This document shows positions 19,502 through 27,879 of a DNA stretch of 64,000 nt, one piece after another. The position numbers were made by a program, and so were the translations under genes. The notes beneath the pieces were generated by a model. It was not told the DNA's origin. It saw nothing but the letters and a program-made list of their open reading frames with translations, and ran no database searches. The DNA comes from an uncultured bacterium. GTDB lineage: Bacteria; Fidelibacterota; Marinisomatia; SCGC-AAA003-L08; GCA-002704045. Numbering within the stretch: the stretch's first letter is position 1; each line of letters opens with the position of its first letter. The stretch spans positions 73,329-137,328 of the forward strand of contig CAYFPO010000003.1 of NCBI GenBank assembly GCA_964345035.1. Reading direction: 5' to 3'.

Positions 19502-20191
19502 CTAGAATTCGTCAATGTAAAACACTTTTGGTTTAGTTCCTTTACTTGGTAACAGGGTCCGTACTGAACGCATATTTATGAGTGTTTTTTCTTTGCTGTT
19601 TAGGTTATCCAAATCAACTAAGAGCCGCGCTTCTGCGGGACATACTTCAACACACCAGGGCTTTTCACCATCTGCAAGGCGGTGGTCGCACAGGGTGCAT
19701 TTTTCTACAATACCCTTCCGCCTAACACCTTCATAGGTTTTAGCACGGTCCGGATTGTAGTGGGGAAATGGTACACCATCAAATTTGTCCGCCACTTCTT
19801 TTGCACTCGCGGTAATACCCGGTATTGTTTCCTCTTTGTCATTACGCCATTGGTGTTGTTTTTCTTCATTAAAGCTTATTACATCGTAAGGGCAGGCCAG
19901 TTCACAACTTCTACAGCCGATACAAATATCTGGATCATGCAATGTCAATCCGTCTTCATTCTTATGCATAGCTTCGGTGGGACAGGCTTTAATACATGCT
20001 GCATTCTCGCAATGATTGCATAATTTCGGAATATATTTCCACTTTACATTTGGGAAGACACCCGTGGTTTCTTGGGTATGAAAAGACCAGCTAATATTGT
20101 GATCTAGATTGTTTTCGGTTTTACATGCAATATCACACCCTGCACATCCGACGCAGTTATTTAGATCAATTATCATTCCGTAGTTAGCCAT
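19502..20191 (-). CDS. 4x[4Fe-4S] ferredoxin-type electron-transfer subunit of Mo-bisPGD oxidoreductase (PsrB/ArrB-like)
   Basis: 229 aa. Four Cys groups: CVGCAGCDIAC, CNHCENAACIKACP, CIGCRSCELACP, CTLCDHR...CVEVCP. Confidence 0.9.
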   Translation of the reverse strand: MANYGMIIDLNNCVGCAGCDIACKTENNLDHNISWSFHTQETTGVFPNVKWKYIPKLCNHCENAACIKACPTEAMHKNEDGLTLHDPDICIGCRSCELACPYDVISFNEEKQHQWRNDKEETIPGITASAKEVADKFDGVPFPHYNPDRAKTYEGVRRKGIVEKCTLCDHRLADGEKPWCVEVCPAEARLLVDLDNLNSKEKTLINMRSVRTLLPSKGTKPKVFYIDEF

Positions 20192-20203
20192 AAGATTTCT
20201 CCT

Positions 20204-22750
20204 TTAACTAATTTTTGTAAGATTAACACGAGTTACACCGCCGTGCCTTGCGGTACTCCCACTCAGACGGTCATAATCGGGCGGCAACAAAGCATTATTA
20301 TTTCCGCCCCTTGCTTCACCTTTTGCAAAATCTTTTGAAGCGATACGGCCATAAGCCCAATGTCCTTGCCCATAACATTTTGTTATGGTACCGGGGCGAA
20401 CGCCTTCCCACAGCTTCACATGACAGTTTAACTCACCGCTTGGTGATTGTAATTTTATCAAATCGCCATTTTTTAATGAAAACTGTTTTGCATCTATCGG
20501 GTTGATTTTTGCAACATCATCCCATTTTTCATCACCGGGATCTGCATCTTTATGTGCAAGATACCAGGTAATATTTGCAGATCGGCCCTCACGATTTAAT
20601 CGCGAACGATGTTCAAAAAATATAAATGGATATTTCTTTGGGTCACCGCGCCTGAATGCAGGTTCATAATGAGGGATAAAAGCGATTTCATCCTTTGCTA
20701 AATAATCACATTCGTTAAGAACATGATTAATACTCACACCATGTTTTTCTGCGTGTGCAGCTAAGGATTTTTTGAGTGTTTCACTATAAAATTCGAACTT
20801 TTTAGTTTTGGTCCCAAAGTTGCCCCATTTTTTACGATAGGGATATTTTTTTGAATTCCAAACACCTTTTTCGTAAAGGTCATTCCAGCCTTTGGGGGCA
20901 TCTCCATATTTGCCATAGTTTTTATGGTTTTTATCCCAAAGCGGGTTTGTATAGTACTTTAAGGCAAATAACGAAAATTCAAGACTGTTTTTGGGTTCCA
21001 ATCCGGTTTCAGGATCTTTGAATTCGGTCTTGAAACAATTCAGGAGATTTGGGAATCCTTTCTTATTCAGACTTTCAGCAATTAACCATGGCACTTCAGT
21101 TTCATCCATTTTAGTATCCCAGATGGGTTCAAGAATAGGTTTATTAAGGGCTGCGTAAGCATATAAGTTTTGTTTACTCTTAATAAAGCCATACTTTTCA
21201 AACATTTGGTGACTGGCAGGTAGTACAATATCTGCGAAGTGGCTCATCTCGGATGCATGGGTTGTTATGTGAGCAAAAAAGGGCAGTTTTGTTAATGCTT
21301 TTTCCCACCGGTCGGCTCCACTGCAGGAAAAGGCAAAATTATTCCAATACCCAATGACCACTTTTATATCATAGGGTTTTTCTGCGAGAATTGCGTCAGC
21401 TGCATTATTGGTTACCACACCTTTCCCTGATTTACCTTTTTTTAGGGCAGGGAACTTGAGTGAACCCCGTTGGTCCATTTTTTTATGTTTGTTCCCGGCC
21501 TTTGCAATATCATCGTAATAAGATTTATAAGAAGGCACTTTATTTACGGGAATTTTAGCTGAACGTACGGTACCGCCTTCATTGTCCACAGAACCGACCA
21601 GCCCATTCAAAGCATGCGCAGCCATAGCACTGTACCCACCGCGTACGTGCATTGAAGCACCCGGAGATAACCATGAAATTGCTCTCGGGGCAGCGTCTGC
21701 GAATCCTTTTGCAACGCGGATGATTTGTTCTGCCGGGATGCCGGCACGTTTTTCTGCCCACGACGGTGTTCTGTCTTTGAGTTCTAAATTCCACCATTTT
21801 ATTAAACCGTTTGTATGAATTTCCTTAAATAACGTTTCATCAATTTCCTGGCCTGCTACAAAATGATTTTTACCATCAATAAAATCACCGACAAATTCTT
21901 TAGACCACATTCCATTTTTTAAAATGGTATGTGCAATAGCAACAGCCAGAGCACCATCTTCTCCGGGTATAACAGGCAGCCATTCATTTGCTTTAGTAGC
22001 AGTAGCGGACAATCTTGGGTCAACTACAGCTATTTGTGCCTGTTTGCGAACTTGTCCCCATATACTTGTTGCGTGAGGGACTTGGCGGTTAGAGGCAAGC
22101 GGATCAGCACCCCAACTTAAAACATAGCGAGTCCTTTCCAAATCATAATCTCTGTATCCCCAATATCCTTCCGTAAAAAAAGCGCCAAATTTTTCACTTT
22201 CAGCACAAATAGCGCTATGGGATATACCATTGGGTGATCCAAAAACCTTTGGCATCACTTCATAAATAATGTCTCGCATGTATGTATAACGACCTCTGAA
22301 TACCACAAATTTGTGTGTTTCATTGGACCGTCTTAAGTCCATCATTCTATCGGTAATTGCATCTATGGCTTCTTCCCATGTAATCGGAATAAACTTTGGA
22401 TTTTCGTGGCGTCCCTTTTTCGGATTTGTTCGCTTCATGGGCACTTTGATTCTATCGGGATCATACAGCTGTTGGATGGCCATGTGTGACCGGACACAGG
22501 CTTTCCCATGATTTGCTTTTGAGTAATCATTGCCATTCACTTTTACTGCTCGGCCACCTACAACATTAACCTTAACCGGACACCATGTTGTACATCCCTG
22601 GCAAACACTCGTCATCCAGCTTGATATATTTGCGGTGCTATCTTTTGTCTCCTTAAAAGCACCCAAAAGGGGGAAGCCATTCGCTAATCCCAATATACCT
22701 AAACCAGTAATTGTAGAGAGTGATAGAAATTCTTTTCTTGTGATTCCCAT
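20204..22750 (-). CDS. periplasmic molybdopterin (Mo-bisPGD) oxidoreductase catalytic subunit, Psr/Phs/Arr clade, with ArrA-type active-site pattern
   Basis: 848 aa. Tat-like leader MGITRKEFLSL...; C50-x2-C-x3-C-x27-C85 cluster motif; FRGRY (152-155); H178-S-A-I-C182-A-E-S-E-K187; Y199. Confidence 0.85.
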   Translation of the reverse strand: MGITRKEFLSLSTITGLGILGLANGFPLLGAFKETKDSTANISSWMTSVCQGCTTWCPVKVNVVGGRAVKVNGNDYSKANHGKACVRSHMAIQQLYDPDRIKVPMKRTNPKKGRHENPKFIPITWEEAIDAITDRMMDLRRSNETHKFVVFRGRYTYMRDIIYEVMPKVFGSPNGISHSAICAESEKFGAFFTEGYWGYRDYDLERTRYVLSWGADPLASNRQVPHATSIWGQVRKQAQIAVVDPRLSATATKANEWLPVIPGEDGALAVAIAHTILKNGMWSKEFVGDFIDGKNHFVAGQEIDETLFKEIHTNGLIKWWNLELKDRTPSWAEKRAGIPAEQIIRVAKGFADAAPRAISWLSPGASMHVRGGYSAMAAHALNGLVGSVDNEGGTVRSAKIPVNKVPSYKSYYDDIAKAGNKHKKMDQRGSLKFPALKKGKSGKGVVTNNAADAILAEKPYDIKVVIGYWNNFAFSCSGADRWEKALTKLPFFAHITTHASEMSHFADIVLPASHQMFEKYGFIKSKQNLYAYAALNKPILEPIWDTKMDETEVPWLIAESLNKKGFPNLLNCFKTEFKDPETGLEPKNSLEFSLFALKYYTNPLWDKNHKNYGKYGDAPKGWNDLYEKGVWNSKKYPYRKKWGNFGTKTKKFEFYSETLKKSLAAHAEKHGVSINHVLNECDYLAKDEIAFIPHYEPAFRRGDPKKYPFIFFEHRSRLNREGRSANITWYLAHKDADPGDEKWDDVAKINPIDAKQFSLKNGDLIKLQSPSGELNCHVKLWEGVRPGTITKCYGQGHWAYGRIASKDFAKGEARGGNNNALLPPDYDRLSGSTARHGGVTRVNLTKIS

Positions 22751-22767
22751 AATGATACTCCTTTTAG

Positions 22768-23682
22768 TTAAAATTGAAACCCAGCAGATATGTGTATTTG
22801 CCCGCCGATAATCATTAAATGTTTCATTGTAAATCCGCCAAAGAGGATGAGTACACAGATTAAGATTGTCATGAAATTAGGCAGCTCGCGTTCCCGTCTC
22901 ATTATTGACCTAAAACACAGGAGCATTGGTATAATTGTGCCCCCAAACAAAACAATCAACGTCCAGATAACACCATAATTTTCCATAAAAATACCAAAGC
23001 TTAATCCCTGTTCAAGGTCTAATCTTCCAGAGTAATATTGCCATAAAATAATCGATATTAATTGCACGATTAAAAGAATGATGAACATTACTCTAAAGCG
23101 ATCTAATCCTAAGGGAAGATGAATTTTGGCTTCTTCACCATGATCTTTATGTCCACCTTTTTTTAGCTGTTGAAACAGGAGGACAAAAGCAATTCCTGAT
23201 GTTAAAGAAGATGCAATAAACATGCCCGGGGTAAGTTCTGACCATAACACTCTCCCCAATGATGACATATATAATCCGTGGTACAAACCGACCGAAAGTG
23301 CCAGAAAAGACCCTACAATTTTTACAAAATGCATCTGAGGTTTGTGGTGAAAATTCTTATAAACTAAATAAGCATAATATGTAGAGAATATGACAAAGAA
23401 TGTTTGTAAAAATACACCAATTGACATAACGGATTGAAGATTGATATTCCAGAAGGTTTTAATAAACCTAGAGGGAACGCCCAATTTCCAGATAAGAATT
23501 AATAATCCGGATATGACAGTGACCGGTGCAATATAAGCACCGAGTTTAATTGAAAGGGTGTGTTCTTCCTTGTCGTAAATACTTAATAAAACAGACAGCA
23601 AAAATGCACCAACACCAATCCCCCCTAAAAATAAATCAATGGTTACACGAACATCCCAGGCACCTAAATTCAAATAATCCAT
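22768..23682 (-). CDS. NrfD/PsrC-type integral membrane quinol-interacting anchor subunit
   Basis: 304 aa with about 8 TM helices and no haem motifs. Sits 17 nt upstream of the catalytic subunit gene. Confidence 0.8.
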   Translation of the reverse strand: MDYLNLGAWDVRVTIDLFLGGIGVGAFLLSVLLSIYDKEEHTLSIKLGAYIAPVTVISGLLILIWKLGVPSRFIKTFWNINLQSVMSIGVFLQTFFVIFSTYYAYLVYKNFHHKPQMHFVKIVGSFLALSVGLYHGLYMSSLGRVLWSELTPGMFIASSLTSGIAFVLLFQQLKKGGHKDHGEEAKIHLPLGLDRFRVMFIILLIVQLISIILWQYYSGRLDLEQGLSFGIFMENYGVIWTLIVLFGGTIIPMLLCFRSIMRRERELPNFMTILICVLILFGGFTMKHLMIIGGQIHISAGFQF

Positions 23683-23730
23683 GGTTATCTCCTTAATTTT
23701 GTTGAATTGGTAAAATCATAATTTCTACAG

Positions 23731-24681
23731 TTAAAACTTGAACTGAAAGTTTATAAAAAAGACAGTTGTTTTATCTTCTCCACCGACAGTTGTCATTCTT
23801 AGGTTTGGTGCAATATAAAGACCTTTACCCGGCTTAAGTTCTATACCAGCTATTATGTAATCTTCGCCATCATTGTCTGTATTTGTATCCGGGTCAAACA
23901 TATCATATCGCCCAAAAATATTGATCTTATCTGAAACCTTGTAAACCGCATAAGACGAAATAAGTTGTTCGGACTGATCAATACCACCATCTTTTTTAGA
24001 ATTAAACTCAACGCCGAGTCTAACATTATTCCCTGCATATCCGCCAAATATTCCCTGTACGGTTTCATTTTCAACAGTTACAGAGTCAACATCATAGGGC
24101 TCATAAGAAAAAACCAATCCCGCATTGAAACCATCTTTTGAAGAAAGTTTTTTCTGTCCAATCATCCCAAGAAATGAAATCTTTTTGTGTGAATCATCTT
24201 CGCTTTTCTTATAGCCTACACCATTTGTGTAAAGAGCACTAATAAAGATATTCCTGCCAAAAGTATTTGAATATCCAATCCCCATGTCTGCAGAACTCGA
24301 GAACTTATTTTTATCCATCGCCGATTTTTCAATGAAGCGATAACCCCAGGTTTTTTCCTGCACACCAAATATATTCATACCCTGCAATCCTATTGTTATT
24401 TTCCCGTTCGTAGTTTTCCAATCAACTTTGGCATTTTTTAGATAAACATTTTTAGGGGAGTTTTTATAGTCAATATCGGTCTGGATCTTAATGCTCAGAT
24501 TCTCATCCAGGTTATTAGTAAAGGTTAAATAAACTCTGGAGACTTTAAACCCGGCATCATTTTCTGCATTTTCAGTAAAATCGTATGAATAATCATAAAA
24601 TACAAGATTTCCAATTTTTGGATTTCCATAAATAACTGTTACACACACAGTAATCAAAAATATTATTATTCGTTTAAACAT
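23731..24681 (-). CDS. outer-membrane beta-barrel (porin-like) protein
   Basis: 316 aa with a signal peptide, alternating amphipathic beta-strand pattern and a C-terminal ...FINFQFKF ending in Phe. First gene of the molybdoenzyme operon (48-nt gap to the next gene). Confidence 0.65.
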   Translation of the reverse strand: MFKRIIIFLITVCVTVIYGNPKIGNLVFYDYSYDFTENAENDAGFKVSRVYLTFTNNLDENLSIKIQTDIDYKNSPKNVYLKNAKVDWKTTNGKITIGLQGMNIFGVQEKTWGYRFIEKSAMDKNKFSSSADMGIGYSNTFGRNIFISALYTNGVGYKKSEDDSHKKISFLGMIGQKKLSSKDGFNAGLVFSYEPYDVDSVTVENETVQGIFGGYAGNNVRLGVEFNSKKDGGIDQSEQLISSYAVYKVSDKINIFGRYDMFDPDTNTDNDGEDYIIAGIELKPGKGLYIAPNLRMTTVGGEDKTTVFFINFQFKF

Positions 24682-25079
24682 GGTTTTCTCCTTTATTTAA
24701 TTAACCAAAGTTTTTTATTCATAATGCTTCTGCCATATCCCTTTCATCCACAGGGTAATTCTTTGATTGTGCTTCAAGGAACATTACAGCTTGAACAGCA
24801 TATTGATATAAATTTGAATATAAATGTGAAATAATCAACATATTTACGATAATTTGGTCTATTTATCTTATAATAAATTAGAGCTATATTTTTATATATA
24901 TCAAATATGATTTAGTAAAATATAGTATTAATGTAGCTTATGGGTTTAACAAGAAGATTGATTTATTTTTATAGGTGGTATTAGAGGATATATTTTAAAA
25001 TATCTCAGAAATTATTTTTAATTAGTTAGAAATATTCCTAAATATTGGTAATTTACTATAGTTAGTATAACTAATAGTT
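24682..25079. promoter_or_regulatory. divergent control region between the porin/molybdoenzyme operon and the LysR gene
   Basis: 398-bp very AT-rich non-coding spacer between divergent starts. Contains the dyad TAGTTA-GTA-TAACTA at 25059-25073, just upstream of the LysR ATG. No promoter elements were assigned with confidence. Confidence 0.4.
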
Positions 25080-25970
25080 ATGAAAGGTTCACGAATTTAT
25101 ATTGATATATTTAAAGTGTTCTGTAATGCTGCTGAAACAAAGAGTTTTTCCAGGGCGGCTGAAATTAATTTCATCACTCAATCTGCAGTAAGTCAACAGA
25201 TTTCATTCCTGGAGAGTTACTTTGGTAAGCAGCTCATTATCCGAGGTAAAGGAAAATTTGCCCTAACTCAAGAGGGAGAACTATTTTTAAAGGGCTGTAA
25301 AACTATTCTTCATACCTATCAATCCACTTTAGATAAAATGCAGTCTGAACCCGGTGAAATAGCCCAAACCATCAATATAGAAACTATTTACTCAATTGGT
25401 TTCTATCATCTTCCCCCTTTGGTGAAATCATTTATGAAAAAGTATAATCAGCTGAATCTTCATTTGGAATATAACCGCTCAGACAAAATTTATTCAGATG
25501 TTATTCAGGGTGTATGTGATTTTGGAATTGTTGCCTACCCCTGGCAGCATCCTCTGGTGGATATAATCTTAGGACCTAAGGAAAAACTTATTTGCGTCTT
25601 TTCACCATCATTTGAGTTTGCACAAAAAACAAGACTTCGTGTAAAAGATATGGATGGAAAAAGTTGTATTGGATTTAGTAAAGAGATTCCAACTCGGAGT
25701 GCAGTTGATTCTTTATTTGCCGGGAGCAAAACTAAAGTAAATATTATTCATGAGTTTGATAATTTAGAAACTCTGAAAAGGTGTTTGGAGCTGGGGCAGG
25801 GATTTTCATTTTTACCTGAGAATACAGTGCAGGAGGAATTGAAGAAAAAAGACTTAATGACAGTACCAGTTACCGGAGAACCTATTTACAGAGAAACAGG
25901 AATAATCACCCGTAAAGACCGCCCCCTTTCACGGGCAACAACAGCAGCAATAAATCATCTCCTTAAATAA
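25080..25970 (+). CDS. LysR-family transcriptional regulator
   Basis: 296 aa. N-terminal wHTH (FSRAAEINFITQSAVSQQISFLE) plus a periplasmic-binding-protein-like effector domain. Confidence 0.9.
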   Translation: MKGSRIYIDIFKVFCNAAETKSFSRAAEINFITQSAVSQQISFLESYFGKQLIIRGKGKFALTQEGELFLKGCKTILHTYQSTLDKMQSEPGEIAQTINIETIYSIGFYHLPPLVKSFMKKYNQLNLHLEYNRSDKIYSDVIQGVCDFGIVAYPWQHPLVDIILGPKEKLICVFSPSFEFAQKTRLRVKDMDGKSCIGFSKEIPTRSAVDSLFAGSKTKVNIIHEFDNLETLKRCLELGQGFSFLPENTVQEELKKKDLMTVPVTGEPIYRETGIITRKDRPLSRATTAAINHLLK

Positions 25971-26064
25971 TCCCTAACAAATCCATGGTGGTCGTTCTCC
26001 CAATAACATTTTCACAATCTTTTCCGGCCAAATAACTGTTTCATGGTGGCTTTACACTATTTTT

Positions 26065-27879
26065 TTAACCTGGTCCCGATTTAAGGAGAAACGATTCATA
26101 GATATTTTGGATTTTTGATTTATAAATCGTCACCCATTTATTTATAGATTTTATATTTTCATCCATATAAGGCTTTGCCCTGGAAATTTCCATACAATAG
26201 TCCATGCCATCGCACATATTTTCGTAGAAAGATTTCAAAAATTTCAGGGAATGTTTTGAACCATCACTTTCCTTCACTCGATCTATAAAATACTCAACAT
26301 ACATTTGAATTTCTTTTGCAAACATATGTGGTCGATTGGAATCTACCAGAGATTTGCAACGGCCATAGAAATGATCAATCATTTCTTTAAGCGTATATTC
26401 TCTATTGAACCATGCGGTGTTTTGCCCTGGGCAAATTGCTGTTGGTAAATCCAACTTCCGTGAAATACCCAATTCAATTAAAGCACCATTACCCAGGTGA
26501 TCACATAAGCAAGTTTTTGTAATAACCTCCAAATGTTTTGATTTTTGAATATTTAAATCTCTGAAATTACCATCTAATTCAGCAATTTTTTTAGATTGAT
26601 AGTCGCAGGATGCAGTACATATCTCTTTTTCTGTAAACTCAGTATTGGATTTTAGAAATCCTTTGGGACACGGTGAACCCGGTTTCCCTAATTCATATTG
26701 CTGTTCTGTCCAGAGTTGAGATTCTGAGTTACGTAAATTATTAAAAGGAACACCTAATGGTGAAGCATTACTCAGATACAAGTCTTTTTCCCCAGCGTTC
26801 ATTAATTTATTTCGTGTAGGCGGGTCAACACAAGTAGCCTCAGGGACTAGTAAGAAAGGAGATGCAACACCCACCAAATCCATCCCAAAATTTTCAATGA
26901 GACGTTTTACCTCACCAGAAGTACCCACACCACCCTGAACAGTAATCAAAGGATTATGCTCTTTTACAGAAGCGGGTATGTCCCAACCCATTTTATCGTA
27001 GTACTTTTCAATAAGTGGTCGAAATGCTACTGATAATTGCTCTCTCTTTTCTCTAAATTCTTTTAATAAGACAGGAAGTAAATACCCATTAGACGCAAAG
27101 GCGTGCCCCCCACAGTTTAATCCTGATTCAATTCGAAATTCAAATACTTCCAAACCCTTCTTAGCTAAGAATTTACCCTGAATTAGTGCCGATCTGAAGT
27201 CACTTACTTTCAGTATAATCTTCTTTTTTATTTTTCCGGTTTTATCACGGAAAAAATCCAAATACTCACCCATAGAGCTGTATAGTCCTTGATTAATTCC
27301 TGCAGAAAATATGATACATGAGTTTAAAGTGCTGTTTGCAAATCCACGTAATGCTGATCTGGCATCACTAAATTCCTCACTTAATCGATTCCCCATTTTA
27401 TCTAAGTGCAATCGATCTACTTTTGACATGATATTTACATTGATTGATCCTGGAGTCATTTGCATTGTGAGCTCATCTGCTTTTTCATTTTTCAACTTAC
27501 CGGGCACCATTTCCTTTAGTTGAATCCAGGCACTTTTTAATGGACTATCTTCCGGGAGCATAGAAAAGTACCTTTCTTTATCATTATTCTGAAAAAAAGG
27601 TTGGGCTTGAACTTCTTTAAATTTCAAATTTACAATTTGTTGAACTGTTTCTAAATATGCCGTAATTCGTTTGGCTCTACCGTCTTTAGTCCGTCGAGGT
27701 ATCACCTTGTAGGGCAATGAAAATTCATTACAATAATGTTTCCTAATTTTTTCCACTAACAAATCATCGATAATAGAAATGACTGATGTAATTCCCAAAT
27801 GAGCCACTCTGATTGGAGAATCTATCGTAAATCCTGTTCCCATTACAGGAATATGAATATTGTGTGTATTATTATCCAT
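26065..27879 (-). CDS. uncharacterised 604-aa protein with NMO/FabK-like FMN TIM-barrel motifs and a Cys-rich C-terminal region
   Basis: IESGLNCGGHAF and VQGGVGTSGEVKRLIENFGMDLVGVASPFLLVPEA resemble the EAGGH and GGI..G...GA.gv..GT.fl..E motifs of nitronate monooxygenase/enoyl-reductase-like enzymes. The C-terminus carries several Cys pairs (CPKG, CTASC, CLCDH, CPG). Confidence 0.4.
   Translation of the reverse strand: MDNNTHNIHIPVMGTGFTIDSPIRVAHLGITSVISIIDDLLVEKIRKHYCNEFSLPYKVIPRRTKDGRAKRITAYLETVQQIVNLKFKEVQAQPFFQNNDKERYFSMLPEDSPLKSAWIQLKEMVPGKLKNEKADELTMQMTPGSINVNIMSKVDRLHLDKMGNRLSEEFSDARSALRGFANSTLNSCIIFSAGINQGLYSSMGEYLDFFRDKTGKIKKKIILKVSDFRSALIQGKFLAKKGLEVFEFRIESGLNCGGHAFASNGYLLPVLLKEFREKREQLSVAFRPLIEKYYDKMGWDIPASVKEHNPLITVQGGVGTSGEVKRLIENFGMDLVGVASPFLLVPEATCVDPPTRNKLMNAGEKDLYLSNASPLGVPFNNLRNSESQLWTEQQYELGKPGSPCPKGFLKSNTEFTEKEICTASCDYQSKKIAELDGNFRDLNIQKSKHLEVITKTCLCDHLGNGALIELGISRKLDLPTAICPGQNTAWFNREYTLKEMIDHFYGRCKSLVDSNRPHMFAKEIQMYVEYFIDRVKESDGSKHSLKFLKSFYENMCDGMDYCMEISRAKPYMDENIKSINKWVTIYKSKIQNIYESFLLKSGPG

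Noticed and set aside
24719-24784. 21-codon minus-strand mini-ORF (MFLEAQSKNYPVDERDMAEAL) upstream of the porin gene, considered as a leader peptide
   Set aside because: It has no adjacent attenuator structure and no recognisable ribosome-binding context. ORFs of this length are expected by chance, so there is not enough evidence.
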